A stretch of DNA of 64,000 bases from an uncultured Alphaproteobacteria bacterium (GTDB lineage Bacteria; Pseudomonadota; Alphaproteobacteria; Rs-D84): the NCBI GenBank assembly GCA_944390225.1, contig CALXPB010000001.1:16408-80407 (forward strand), read 5' to 3'. Positions 7,794 to 17,223 of this stretch are shown piece by piece; the first letter of the stretch is position 1; each line of letters opens with the position of its first letter. A program made the position numbers and the translations under genes. The notes under the pieces were generated by a model, which worked only from the letters and a program-made list of their open reading frames with translations, made no database searches and was not told where the DNA came from.

Positions 7794-8347
7794 TGATAAA
7801 ATTTGTGGGCAGTTTTGAAACAGTTGAAAGTTTACCGAAAACTCAATTTCCTGAATACGCTTTTATCGGGCGCAGTAATGTCGGTAAATCTTCTTTGATA
7901 AATGCTGTTCTGGGTGAAAATGTCGCAAGAACATCTAATACTCCTGGTCGTACGCAATCTTTAAATTTGTTCAATGTTAATGATAAAATTATGATTGTAG
8001 ATTTGCCTGGATATGGTTATGCAAAAATCTCAAAAGAGCAGGCTGTGCGCTGGTTGCAACGACTGGAAGAATATTTGATAAATCGTCGACAATTAACACG
8101 GCTTTTTATACTGATTGATTCAAGAATAGGTGTGCGTGATTCCGATTTAGATTTGATGGATTTCTGTGATGCAAATGGAATTTCATATCAGATAGTTTAT
8201 ACAAAAAAAGATAAAAAAATACGTGAAGAAAAACAAATTAAATTATCACATGAAAATCATCCGGCAATGATTGCTGAAATATTAGAAACTTCTGCCGAGA
8301 AAAAAACAGGTCTTTTATCCATAAGGAATTTAATTGGTATTAAGTAA
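7793..8347 (+). CDS. engB: Ribosome biogenesis GTPase YihA/YsxC (EngB)
   Basis: G1 GRSNVGKSSLIN, G3 DLPGYG, G4 TKKDK. Start overlaps the rsmI stop. Confidence 0.9.
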   Translation: MIKFVGSFETVESLPKTQFPEYAFIGRSNVGKSSLINAVLGENVARTSNTPGRTQSLNLFNVNDKIMIVDLPGYGYAKISKEQAVRWLQRLEEYLINRRQLTRLFILIDSRIGVRDSDLDLMDFCDANGISYQIVYTKKDKKIREEKQIKLSHENHPAMIAEILETSAEKKTGLLSIRNLIGIK

Positions 8348-10844
8348 AAAAGTCTTTTATCCAACAAATCCTGCACATACGCTGGATGCGCTGTGGAAAA
8401 TTTTGTCCGATTCAGAAACGGACTTAGAAAATATTTTAATATTTTTACCCAGTCGCCGTGCAGTCAGATCTGTAGAAAAATTTCTGGTTAAAAAATACGG
8501 TCATTGCATTATTCTGCCTCGTTTGGTTGCATTAGGTGAGGGGATAGATGATTTAGACGATGAAACAGAATATACAGATGTAATTTCTGATACAGAGAGA
8601 CTTGTACTTTTGATAAAATTATTATCACAAGATGCAAGTATAGGGAATATTACAACAGCAATACCAATTGCTCGTGATTTATTGCGTATGCAAGATTATC
8701 TTGAAAACGAGGGAATTGATGCGTCAAAAATTTGTTGGTCTGAATTGGTAGATGAAAAATACGCAGAACATTTTCAGCATAAAGCAGATTTATTAAATAT
8801 TTTATCACAGGTACAATCTTTTTATGCTCGGAATAAACAGACTCGGGTACAGGCGCGAAATAAAGATATTCATTCATGGATAAAACATCTAGATGAATAT
8901 AAGTTGGTTGTTGTATGTGGTTCTACGGGTAGTGTACCGGCTACGGCTGATTTAATGGAGGCTGTTTTTAATAAAGATCATGGGCGAATTATATTGTCAG
9001 GAAAAATAGTAGGGCGCAAAGAAGATTTTGAAATTGATTCAAATCCTTATAATGCAGAATATAAATTTCTAAAACGTATAGGACTAAATCCGTCAGATAT
9101 ATCAACTATTGAAGTTGGAAATAGCGCAATAGATTTTTTTAATTACGCTTTCGGAAATGATGCAGAAAATCTTGGCGGGGGTGAAAGTATAACTCACTGC
9201 CATTTAATAGAATGTTCACGAGAAAGCGAAGAAGCATCTGTCGTTGCCGAGATTGCAAACCGTGCAGTGTCAGAATCTAAAAATGTTCTTGTTATTACAC
9301 CGGATGCAGCAGGAAATCAGCGAATCGCAACAGAGTTGATTGCGCGCGGTCTGAAAGCAGATTTTTCGGGTGGTGTTTCTGGTACTATGACTGCAACTGG
9401 GCGTGGGCTATTAAATATGTTTGATGAATGGATAGAAAAAGAGGACTACTCTGTTTTTGAGAAATTTTATTACGATTCTGAAAAAGATTTTTTCAAGACA
9501 ATTATAAATTTGGTTCAATATAGTGATATTGCTTTTAACCCTTCGTTTGAAATTACCGATTCGGTTTCTATGCAAATATGGGGGACTATAAAAAATCTAT
9601 CAGATTGTTTAAATAAAGCAGATCTACATTTAAATGTATTTGATGCTCGTTCTTTATTAGCAGATACAATAAATGGAATTACTGTTCGGAGTGATATGGA
9701 TGATGAAGCAAAAATATTTGTTTTGGGAACCATAGAATCTAGAATGCAAACTGCGGACGTTGTAATTTTGACAGGTTTGAACGAAGGAATGTTCCCCGCA
9801 CAAGGATATGAAAACGCTTGGTTACCAAGACAATTGTCAAAAGAAATAGGTCTGCCTTCACCTGATAGAAAGGTTTCTTTACAGGCTTTGGATTTTATGA
9901 ATTTGTCTTGCGGAAAAGAAGTTTATTGGTTGCGTAGCAGAATATCAGGTGGTGTACAAACAACCGAATCAAGATTTTTATCTCGTATTATGGCTCGATT
10001 TGGAAAAATAGATTTTAACGTTGGGCAAGATATATTAAACTCAGTTCGTGCAAAAGATGTCATAAATTTAAATCCTTTGGATTATTCGGCGCCTACGCCA
10101 CCTGCTGATTGGTCTGATGTTTTTGTAACAGAATTGGAATTACTAATACATAATCCATACGCTTTTTATGTAAAACATATTTTACGTTTACAACCAAAAG
10201 ATGATTACTGGTTGCCTCCGGATGCAAGAGTGTTTGGGAATCTTGTACATGCAGTAGTTCAAGATAGTAAAGATTTTTCTTCGCATAATTTAGTCCAAGA
10301 AATGGATAACCGGGCACATAAGGTTTTAGGAAAAGATAGCATTTTATTCCACTTCTGGCATAAACGTTTTGTTGAAATTGCACCGATAATAGAACAAGAA
10401 TTATCACAGATAAAAGATTCTTTGGCAGAGATTGAAGGAAAGGTAGAAATTGCCGGAAGAAATATTCGTGCACGCGCTGATAGAATCTGGGACGGATGTG
10501 TCGTTGATATTAAAACCGGTTCCGCACCAAAAGAAAAACAATTATTAGAAGGTAATATGCCTCAATTACCGCTGGAAGCATATATTTTAAAAAATTCTGG
10601 TTTTCCGCTTTATACAACTGAAAAATCAAAAACACCTATAATGATGTTTTTACAATTAAAAAATAATGATGTAAGAGCGATAAAATACGATTCTGAAACA
10701 ACAGAAAAAATGATTTCTGCCGCGGTCGAAAAAACAACCGGTTTAATAAATATGTTTTCTGTCGGTCGTGCTCCATATGAATACAGAGAAACAAACGACA
10801 GAAAATATAAAGCATATGATGATTTTGCCAGATGTGACGACTGA
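8334..10844 (+). CDS. addB: Double-strand break repair protein AddB (alphaproteobacterial type), relatively short (836 aa)
   Basis: N-terminus LIFLPSRRAVRSVEKFL. C-terminal PD-(D/E)xK nuclease (RADRIW..VVDIKTGSAP..EAYIL). C-terminal YDDFARCDD. No addA follows. Confidence 0.7.
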   Translation: MVLSKKVFYPTNPAHTLDALWKILSDSETDLENILIFLPSRRAVRSVEKFLVKKYGHCIILPRLVALGEGIDDLDDETEYTDVISDTERLVLLIKLLSQDASIGNITTAIPIARDLLRMQDYLENEGIDASKICWSELVDEKYAEHFQHKADLLNILSQVQSFYARNKQTRVQARNKDIHSWIKHLDEYKLVVVCGSTGSVPATADLMEAVFNKDHGRIILSGKIVGRKEDFEIDSNPYNAEYKFLKRIGLNPSDISTIEVGNSAIDFFNYAFGNDAENLGGGESITHCHLIECSRESEEASVVAEIANRAVSESKNVLVITPDAAGNQRIATELIARGLKADFSGGVSGTMTATGRGLLNMFDEWIEKEDYSVFEKFYYDSEKDFFKTIINLVQYSDIAFNPSFEITDSVSMQIWGTIKNLSDCLNKADLHLNVFDARSLLADTINGITVRSDMDDEAKIFVLGTIESRMQTADVVILTGLNEGMFPAQGYENAWLPRQLSKEIGLPSPDRKVSLQALDFMNLSCGKEVYWLRSRISGGVQTTESRFLSRIMARFGKIDFNVGQDILNSVRAKDVINLNPLDYSAPTPPADWSDVFVTELELLIHNPYAFYVKHILRLQPKDDYWLPPDARVFGNLVHAVVQDSKDFSSHNLVQEMDNRAHKVLGKDSILFHFWHKRFVEIAPIIEQELSQIKDSLAEIEGKVEIAGRNIRARADRIWDGCVVDIKTGSAPKEKQLLEGNMPQLPLEAYILKNSGFPLYTTEKSKTPIMMFLQLKNNDVRAIKYDSETTEKMISAAVEKTTGLINMFSVGRAPYEYRETNDRKYKAYDDFARCDD

Positions 10845-11615
10845 CTAGTCTAGGTGTAAAACTAGACCGCAATGATCCGTGGGTTTATTCGCAAGTCTTG
10901 GTTCAATATCTATTTCACAGTTTTTTACAAGTTTCATTGCAGACGAATTTGCTAGAAAATAGTCTAATCGAAGCCCTTGTTTTTTACCAATGGTATCGCC
11001 ACCGCGGTATCCATACCATGTGTAGTCAATTTCATCAGGATGCATTTTACGCCAAACATCTGTCCATCCGGTATTTAACCACTGCGACATAATTTCGCGT
11101 GCTTGTGGGGCTGCAATAGCAATACCTATATAGTTTTGAGGTTTCCAAACATCTCTATCTTCCAGTGCAACATTAAAATCACCGCCGATTATTACCGGTT
11201 CTTCGGAATTAGCATATTTTGAGATATGTTCAGTAAAGGCATTCATCCAATCAAGTTTATATGGAAATTTCGGCGAATCGGTTGTGTCCCCGTTTGGCAT
11301 ATATACATTTATTAAACGTATCCGACCATCTATTACGCATTCAATGAAACGTGCGCTTGTATCAGGATAATTAGGTAATCCAATAACGGTATCTTCTATG
11401 GAGTATTTAGAAAATGTTGCAACACCGTTCCAACTTTTTTGTCCGAATACCTTTATATTATAGCCATATTCATCAAATAAATTATGGGGAAATCCTGCGT
11501 TTTCCACCTTTATTTCTTGAACCATTATTACATCGTATTTACCGCTGCGCAAAATGTCTAGAAAACTTTCTGCATGGGCGCGGATAGAGTTTATATTTAG
11601 TGTAAGTATTTTCAT
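10845..11615 (-). CDS. xth: Exodeoxyribonuclease III
   Basis: MKILTLNINSIRAH..VQEIK..GGDFNV..RLDYFL..TDHCGLVL. ATG at 11615 with an AAGGAGA SD is preferred over the ORF-track start at 11699. Confidence 0.85.
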   Translation of the reverse strand: MKILTLNINSIRAHAESFLDILRSGKYDVIMVQEIKVENAGFPHNLFDEYGYNIKVFGQKSWNGVATFSKYSIEDTVIGLPNYPDTSARFIECVIDGRIRLINVYMPNGDTTDSPKFPYKLDWMNAFTEHISKYANSEEPVIIGGDFNVALEDRDVWKPQNYIGIAIAAPQAREIMSQWLNTGWTDVWRKMHPDEIDYTWYGYRGGDTIGKKQGLRLDYFLANSSAMKLVKNCEIDIEPRLANKPTDHCGLVLHLD

Positions 11616-11684
11616 ATTTGCAATATTTCTCCTTCTGGGTATAATAATTCCTGTCCAATATAAAAAAAACAAGGATTTTTTATT

Positions 11685-13265
11685 ATGAATATGTATCAAT
11701 TGCTGGAACGTGCCGCAAATACATGGCCGGATAATTTATTTCTGGTTCGTGAAAACGTTTCGTTCGTAGATTTTATTGATTTAGTAAAAGCACGTGCAAC
11801 GTCGTTGAATTCTTTGGGGGTAAAAAAGGGGGATGTAGTCGGTGTGTTGGCTCATAACATACCCGAATTCCCGATAACTTTATTCGCAATTTGGTATCTG
11901 GGTGCAACCGCTTTATTGCTGGATACGAATTTGACTCCCTTTGAATATGACAATATGACATCTATTACAGATTGTCATCTTGTTTGTGCAGAAAAGTCTT
12001 TCTTCTATAAAACTGATAAATTCAAGTTTTATGATATAAAGAAAAAAGACGGAAAGATAAACCACGATCTGAAACCTGCACCAACAGAATCATTAGATGT
12101 GGCAACGATGTCTTTTACTTCTGGGTCAACGGGTACTCCAAAAGTCGTACCGCTGACACATTTCAATTTGATAGAGTGCTCTAATTCTTTGGAAGATATG
12201 CATGAATGGATACAGCCGGGTTTTGTTATGTACGGTTTTTTACCTATGTACCATATATTCGGTTTCGCAGTTGAAATTTTGGCTACCTTACATTACGGGG
12301 CAGGGGTTTTATTACAGCCTACGGTAAACCCAAAAGAAATTTTGGAAGATTTTAAAAAGTATAAACCGCATGTAATTCCTGCTGTACCAAGATTGTGGGA
12401 GGTTTTTAGAAATAAAATTATTGATAATATAAAATCTCAGCATAAATGGTGGCTGGTTTCCATAGTATTAAAATATGGTAACCTATTAAAGAAAATAGGC
12501 TTTGGCTGGCTGGTTAAAAAGGTTCAAGAACCTGTTTTGGCAGTGTTCGGTGGGCGAGCGAAATTGCTTATTGCAGGAGGTGCCGCAACAAAACCAGAAG
12601 TTGAAACCTTTTATGAAAGGTTAGGACTGACATTTATACAGGGTTATGGGTTGACAGAATGTGTCGGACCTATTTGTATATCAAAACCTACTAAAAATCG
12701 TCTGCCGTTTGCTTTCGGAGGCCCAACTACAAATAACGAGTGCGAAATTCGCGATAAAAATGAAGATGGCGTCGGGGTTCTGTGGCTTAGAGGTCATCAG
12801 GTTTTTGGTGGTTATTTGAATAACCCAGATGTAAATAAAGAAGTCTTTGATGAACGCGGTTTCTTTAACACTGGTGATATGGTTTCTATGGATAAAAACG
12901 GTGAATTGCATTTTGCCGGACGAAAAAAACAAGTAATTGTTTTGGATTCCGGTAAAAATGTCTACCCGGATGAGTTAGAAGGACTGTATATAACAATACC
13001 TGGTGTAAAAAATGTTGCCGTGTTTGAACACAAAGTAAAAGACAAAACCGTTACTTACGGTGTGTTTAGTGTTGAACCAGATATGACAATTGAGAAATTG
13101 GCTTCGGCAATAGCACAGGCAAATAAAAAAGTTGCATCGTATAAATGGGTTACTCATTTTGCAATGACAACAGAAGATCTGCCTATGACCAGTACGCAAA
13201 AGGTAAAGCATCATATCGTTCGTCAGAACTTAATTGATGGCAAATATCCTATAAGAAAAGAGTAA
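11685..13265 (+). CDS. AMP-dependent synthetase/ligase (long-chain-fatty-acid--CoA ligase-like)
   Basis: AMP-binding motif MSFTSGSTGTPKVV, YGLTE, GDMVSMDKNGELHFAGRKK. Confidence 0.8.
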   Translation: MNMYQLLERAANTWPDNLFLVRENVSFVDFIDLVKARATSLNSLGVKKGDVVGVLAHNIPEFPITLFAIWYLGATALLLDTNLTPFEYDNMTSITDCHLVCAEKSFFYKTDKFKFYDIKKKDGKINHDLKPAPTESLDVATMSFTSGSTGTPKVVPLTHFNLIECSNSLEDMHEWIQPGFVMYGFLPMYHIFGFAVEILATLHYGAGVLLQPTVNPKEILEDFKKYKPHVIPAVPRLWEVFRNKIIDNIKSQHKWWLVSIVLKYGNLLKKIGFGWLVKKVQEPVLAVFGGRAKLLIAGGAATKPEVETFYERLGLTFIQGYGLTECVGPICISKPTKNRLPFAFGGPTTNNECEIRDKNEDGVGVLWLRGHQVFGGYLNNPDVNKEVFDERGFFNTGDMVSMDKNGELHFAGRKKQVIVLDSGKNVYPDELEGLYITIPGVKNVAVFEHKVKDKTVTYGVFSVEPDMTIEKLASAIAQANKKVASYKWVTHFAMTTEDLPMTSTQKVKHHIVRQNLIDGKYPIRKE

Positions 13266-13286
13266 TCATTTATTAAGTATAAAAAA

Positions 13287-13310
13287 CACCGCGTTTATGC
13301 GGTGTTTTTT
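13287..13310. terminator. Bidirectional rho-independent terminator between the convergent ligase gene and mnmE
   Basis: CACCGC-GTTTAT-GCGGTG with an upstream A-run and a downstream T6. Confidence 0.8.
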
Positions 13311-13322
13311 ATGTTAAAATTT

Positions 13323-14630
13323 CTATTTACCTAGACATAATTGGGAAAATGTTGCGTCCATAACCTCTGTTGCGGTAATTGTCCCAAGTATTTTTCCAAT
13401 ATTGTCTGCCGCGCGTCTGACATGTTCTGAAAATATATCGTAATTATCTTTCGGAGTATTTAACGCGTCTTTTAATTCTGTTGCGGAATCTGTCAAAAGT
13501 TTTTTTGTACGCGTATTAACAGCAATGCTAGATTCGACATCATGTGTAATTTTGTTCAGTCTTTCTTTTATTATCGACATTAAATCATTTATGCCTTCTC
13601 CTGTCTTTGTTGATATATAAATAACTTTTTTATTTTCTTTTTGTTTTATTAAATCCGATTTGTTAAATATTAAAATTTCATTTTCTTTTGTTTCTGGTAA
13701 TAGATTCTTTTTATTGCTGGCGTCAAATACTCGTAATACTAAATCTGCATTTTCTATTTCTGATTTTGTTTTTTCAATACCAATTTTTTCAACGGTATCA
13801 GTTGCGTTACGAATTCCAGCAGTGTCAGATAAGTTTATCAGATATCCGTCTATATCAAGTTGTGCAGAAACAACATCTCGTGTTGTTCCTGGAATTTCAG
13901 AAACTATCGCGCGCGATGCACCAACCATAAGATTAAATAAAGATGATTTTCCAACATTTACATCACCGATTAAAACGATGTTAAAACCGTTGCGGATAGC
14001 GCGTACCGCCATATAGCGCGAAATTGTATCATTTATTTCTTTATATAAATTTTCTGTTTTTGACCTTATTTTTTCGTTTATCTTTTGAGGTAATTCGTCT
14101 TCTGGATAATCTAAAATTGCGGCAGCATATGCGGATATTTCTATCATCTGCTTTCGCCAACTTTCATAATGTTTACTGTCTGTACCCAGCATAGATTTTA
14201 TAGCACTTTGACGTTGTTTTTCTGTTTGTGCATCCAGTAATGCAACAAGACCGTCTATGTCGGCTAAATCCATTTTATTGTTATAAAATGCGCGTTTTGA
14301 AAATTCACCAGGTGTCGCCATACGAAATTCAAGTTCGGTTAAATAAGAAAATATTTTTTCAATGACTGCGATTCCACCATGACAATGAATTTCTATTACG
14401 TCTTCGCCTGTAAAAGAGTGGGGTGCACGAAAATAAATACATATAACCTGATCTATTAAATTGTTATTAGAATCCTTTAAGTTAGAAAAATATGTATGTC
14501 GCGGTAAAAAATCGGTTTTATTTATAAATTTAGAAAATACCTGTCCAAGATTTGTTCCACTTATTCTTATGACGGCAACACCTGATTTCCCGTGCCCACT
14601 GGACAGCGCAAAGATTGTTTCGTTATTCAT
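13323..14630 (-). CDS. mnmE: tRNA uridine-5-carboxymethylaminomethyl modification GTPase MnmE
   Basis: GDVNVGKSSLFN, DTAGIR, C-terminal CLGK. Start MNNETIFALSS at 14630 lies 1 nt after the ruvA stop (ORF-track alternative 14645). Confidence 0.9.
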   Translation of the reverse strand: MNNETIFALSSGHGKSGVAVIRISGTNLGQVFSKFINKTDFLPRHTYFSNLKDSNNNLIDQVICIYFRAPHSFTGEDVIEIHCHGGIAVIEKIFSYLTELEFRMATPGEFSKRAFYNNKMDLADIDGLVALLDAQTEKQRQSAIKSMLGTDSKHYESWRKQMIEISAYAAAILDYPEDELPQKINEKIRSKTENLYKEINDTISRYMAVRAIRNGFNIVLIGDVNVGKSSLFNLMVGASRAIVSEIPGTTRDVVSAQLDIDGYLINLSDTAGIRNATDTVEKIGIEKTKSEIENADLVLRVFDASNKKNLLPETKENEILIFNKSDLIKQKENKKVIYISTKTGEGINDLMSIIKERLNKITHDVESSIAVNTRTKKLLTDSATELKDALNTPKDNYDIFSEHVRRAADNIGKILGTITATEVMDATFSQLCLGK

Positions 14631-14631
14631 A

Positions 14632-15213
14632 TTACTTATTCCCACTTATTTCTTTTAATGCAATTGGTACCAGTTTTGCAACATCGGCAGATGGATTTTC
14701 TGATACCAGTTTTTGTGCGATATCTATTATTTCTAATCTTCTGTATCCTAATGATTCAAGCGCAGACAGCAAATCTGGCAAGGCAGAAACGGTATCAGAA
14801 TTTGATTGGGCAAAATCAAATGATGAGCCACCAATTTTATTCTTTAATTCCAGTATTATTTTTTCTGCCATTTTTTTACCGACTCCTGGTGCAGTTGCTA
14901 TTGTTTTAGCGTCCCCTGTTGCAATCGCCGACATTAAAGTATCTGTCTTAATTGCACCCATTATAGCCAAAGCAACTTTTGGGCCAATGCCGGATACACC
15001 AGTTAATTGGTTAAATAAGTTCTGACCGGAAAGACTGGAAAAACCGAATAATCGTATAGAGTCTTCGCGTACCACTGTTTCTATCCACAGCGATACTTCC
15101 GCGTTAGGTTTTATATATTCAGGAGTAAATACTTTATATCCGACACCGTTTACCATAATTATTACAAAACCATCGCCGATATATTCAACTACTCCTTGCA
15201 ATTTCCCAATCAT
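14632..15213 (-). CDS. ruvA: Holliday junction branch migration complex subunit RuvA
   Basis: MIGKLQGVVEYIGDGFVIIMVNGVGYKV.., HhH motifs GVSGIGPKVALAI / APGVGKKMAEKI. Confidence 0.9.
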   Translation of the reverse strand: MIGKLQGVVEYIGDGFVIIMVNGVGYKVFTPEYIKPNAEVSLWIETVVREDSIRLFGFSSLSGQNLFNQLTGVSGIGPKVALAIMGAIKTDTLMSAIATGDAKTIATAPGVGKKMAEKIILELKNKIGGSSFDFAQSNSDTVSALPDLLSALESLGYRRLEIIDIAQKLVSENPSADVAKLVPIALKEISGNK

Positions 15214-15263
15214 TTGTTATCCTTTTGTGGTAATTCTAATCTAATAAAAGTAAAAGGTCAAAT

Positions 15264-15980
15264 ATGAGTGGACATAGTAAATGGCATAATATTCAGCACA
15301 AAAAGGGTGCAAATGATGCTGCACGTAGCGGTTTGTTTACTAAACTAGCACGTGAAATTACAATGGCGGCAAAATTAGGTGATAAAAACCCCGATAATAA
15401 TCCGCGTTTGCGATTGGCGGTTTTAAATGCAAGAAAAAACTCTATGCCGAACGATAATATCAAGCGCGCAATAGAAAAGGCCTCGGGTGCAAATACAGAA
15501 AATTATGTTGCCGTTCGGTATGAAGGTTATGGACCAGGGGCTGTTCCTGTTATTGTAGAAGCCTTGACAGATAACCCTCGTCGTACTGTCCCAGAAATTC
15601 GAAACATTTTTGCTAAGAATGGCGGAAATATGGGAGAAGAGGGTAGCGTTGTATTTATGTTTACTCGGGCAGGGCAAATATTTTATCCGGCAACGGTTGG
15701 AAAAACAGAAGATGAAATGATGGAAATTATCATGGATGCAAATGCCGATAATTTAGAAACTTCGGAAGAAGGCTTTATTATAACAACAAAACCTGATGAT
15801 TTCATGAATGTTCAGAAATTCTTGAATGATAAATTAGGTGAACCAGAAAGTGCGGATTTGACTTGGATTCCAAATATGCCTATGGAACTTGACGAAGAAA
15901 CGTATGAAAAATTAGAAAAGTTGGTAGATGCTTTGGATGATAACGATGATGTCCAAAAAGTTTTTACAGCGGCAGCATAA
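15264..15980 (+). CDS. YebC/PmpR family DNA-binding transcriptional regulator
   Basis: MSGHSKWHNIQHKKGANDAARSGLFTKLAREI.. is the canonical YebC N-terminus. Confidence 0.9.
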   Translation: MSGHSKWHNIQHKKGANDAARSGLFTKLAREITMAAKLGDKNPDNNPRLRLAVLNARKNSMPNDNIKRAIEKASGANTENYVAVRYEGYGPGAVPVIVEALTDNPRRTVPEIRNIFAKNGGNMGEEGSVVFMFTRAGQIFYPATVGKTEDEMMEIIMDANADNLETSEEGFIITTKPDDFMNVQKFLNDKLGEPESADLTWIPNMPMELDEETYEKLEKLVDALDDNDDVQKVFTAAA

Positions 15981-16001
15981 AAAATTTTTCTTTCATTAAA
16001 A

Positions 16002-16025
16002 ATGTCGCATTTGCGACATTTTTTA
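16002..16025 (+). terminator. Rho-independent terminator after yebC-like gene
   Basis: ATGTCGCA/TGCGACAT inverted repeat followed by a T-run. Confidence 0.65.
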
Positions 16026-16057
16026 TTATATAATTATTATAATAAAAGGATATAAAT

Positions 16058-16537
16058 ATGGTTCGTATAATCGGTATTGATCCAGGTTTGCTTCATACGG
16101 GTTGGGCTGTTATAGAAAGCCTGAACGCAGATAGAAAATATATCGCAAGTGGGGTCGTTTTGCCGCCCAAAACAGATACTTTACCTAACAGATTGAACTA
16201 TATTTTTAAAGAGGTTTCAAAATTATGCGAGACTTTTAAACCAGATGAATGTAGTATTGAAATTACTTTTGTAAACAAGAATCCTCAGACGACTTTAATT
16301 CTTGGGCATGCACGTGCCGCCGCAATTGTTGCCGTTGCAAATAAAGATATACCTATATTTGAATATGAACCGAATAAGATAAAAAAAGCACTCACTTCAT
16401 CAGGACATGCAGATAAAGAACAAGTCTATAAGATGGTAAGAATGTTATTGCCAAGGGCTATGCCGAAGACCCCCGATGAAAGTGATGCTGTTGCAATTGC
16501 TTTGGCGCATTCAAATATGAGTAAATTCAGTTTATAA
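16058..16537 (+). CDS. ruvC: Crossover junction endodeoxyribonuclease RuvC
   Basis: MVRIIGIDPGLLHTGWAVIE.., ..DESDAVAIALAH. Confidence 0.9.
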   Translation: MVRIIGIDPGLLHTGWAVIESLNADRKYIASGVVLPPKTDTLPNRLNYIFKEVSKLCETFKPDECSIEITFVNKNPQTTLILGHARAAAIVAVANKDIPIFEYEPNKIKKALTSSGHADKEQVYKMVRMLLPRAMPKTPDESDAVAIALAHSNMSKFSL

Positions 16538-16587
16538 AATTACCGGTTTTATGGTATTATATAAATGTAGAATTAAAGGAGACGTCC

Positions 16588-16872
16588 ATGAAGAAAGACT
16601 TTGTTGAAATTCAGAATATGAAATTATTATCAAAGCAGCGGATATGTTTTAGGGCGTTTTTGATAAATTTGGTTTTGGTTATTTTGGTTTGGTTGTTGAC
16701 ATTATGCCCAGAATTTATGTATCTGGCCGTTCGTATAACAGGGATTTCTTTACCTTATCTTTATGTTTCTGCAATCAGTTTCTTGGCAATTTGGAAATTA
16801 GCGGGTGTTATTTTCTTTTTGATACCTGCAATTGCAATTTGGTGGGAAAGAAAAATGTTGAAAAATAAATAA
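16588..16872 (+). CDS. Hypothetical small membrane protein (3 predicted TM segments)
   Basis: SD GGAGA. Hydrophobic segments FLINLVLVILVWLLTL, YVSAISFLAIW, VIFFLIPAIAIWW. Confidence 0.5.
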   Translation: MKKDFVEIQNMKLLSKQRICFRAFLINLVLVILVWLLTLCPEFMYLAVRITGISLPYLYVSAISFLAIWKLAGVIFFLIPAIAIWWERKMLKNK

Positions 16873-16875
16873 AAA

Positions 16876-16895
16876 ACCGGTAAATGCCGGTTTTT
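16876..16895. terminator. Bidirectional terminator between convergent genes
   Basis: ACCGG-TAAATG-CCGGT flanked by A6 and T5. Confidence 0.7.
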
Positions 16896-17223
16896 ATTTT
16901 CTAATACTTATTTTTTCAATTGCATCCCTGCCAAAATATTTATTTATTTTATTTTTAATCTCTTCTGACATATAAGATAGTTGTAAGGCAAGAGCAGGGT
17001 TGGTTGGTCTTATAACAACATTAAATTTGTTATTCTTGGTTTTCTTTATTGCGATGATATTGGCTTTGTTTGCAATCTCAGACCCCATTATTTCTGCCCA
17101 TCGTGCGACAAGGTCAGAATCTGATGCTCGGATACCGAAAATTTTTAATACGCCACCCATTACCCCAGCAATTGTCTGAGGACGAGATGTGCGTTGATTA
17201 AGTTTATTTGGTTGGTTTGACAT
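16894..17223 (-). CDS. DUF721/DciA-like protein
   Basis: LVARWAEIMGSEIANKANIIAIKK..FNVVIRPTNPALALQLSYMSEEIKNKINKYFG..IEKISIR matches the DUF721 pattern. Overlaps the mltA end. Confidence 0.55.
   Translation of the reverse strand: MSNQPNKLNQRTSRPQTIAGVMGGVLKIFGIRASDSDLVARWAEIMGSEIANKANIIAIKKTKNNKFNVVIRPTNPALALQLSYMSEEIKNKINKYFGRDAIEKISIRK

Noticed and set aside
10845-11699. N-terminally extended ORF-track starts: xth 11699, secB 18379, trxB 31812, OMP 45109, OMP 46428, the 28775 paralog, PAP2 42070, lysozyme-TPR 49939, RgpF-like 26899, xerD 34243.
   Set aside because: In each case an internal ATG is preceded by a proper SD. It coincides with the conserved family N-terminus or the signal-peptide start, or matches the start of the paralog. 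The extensions add non-homologous residues or overlap neighbouring genes.
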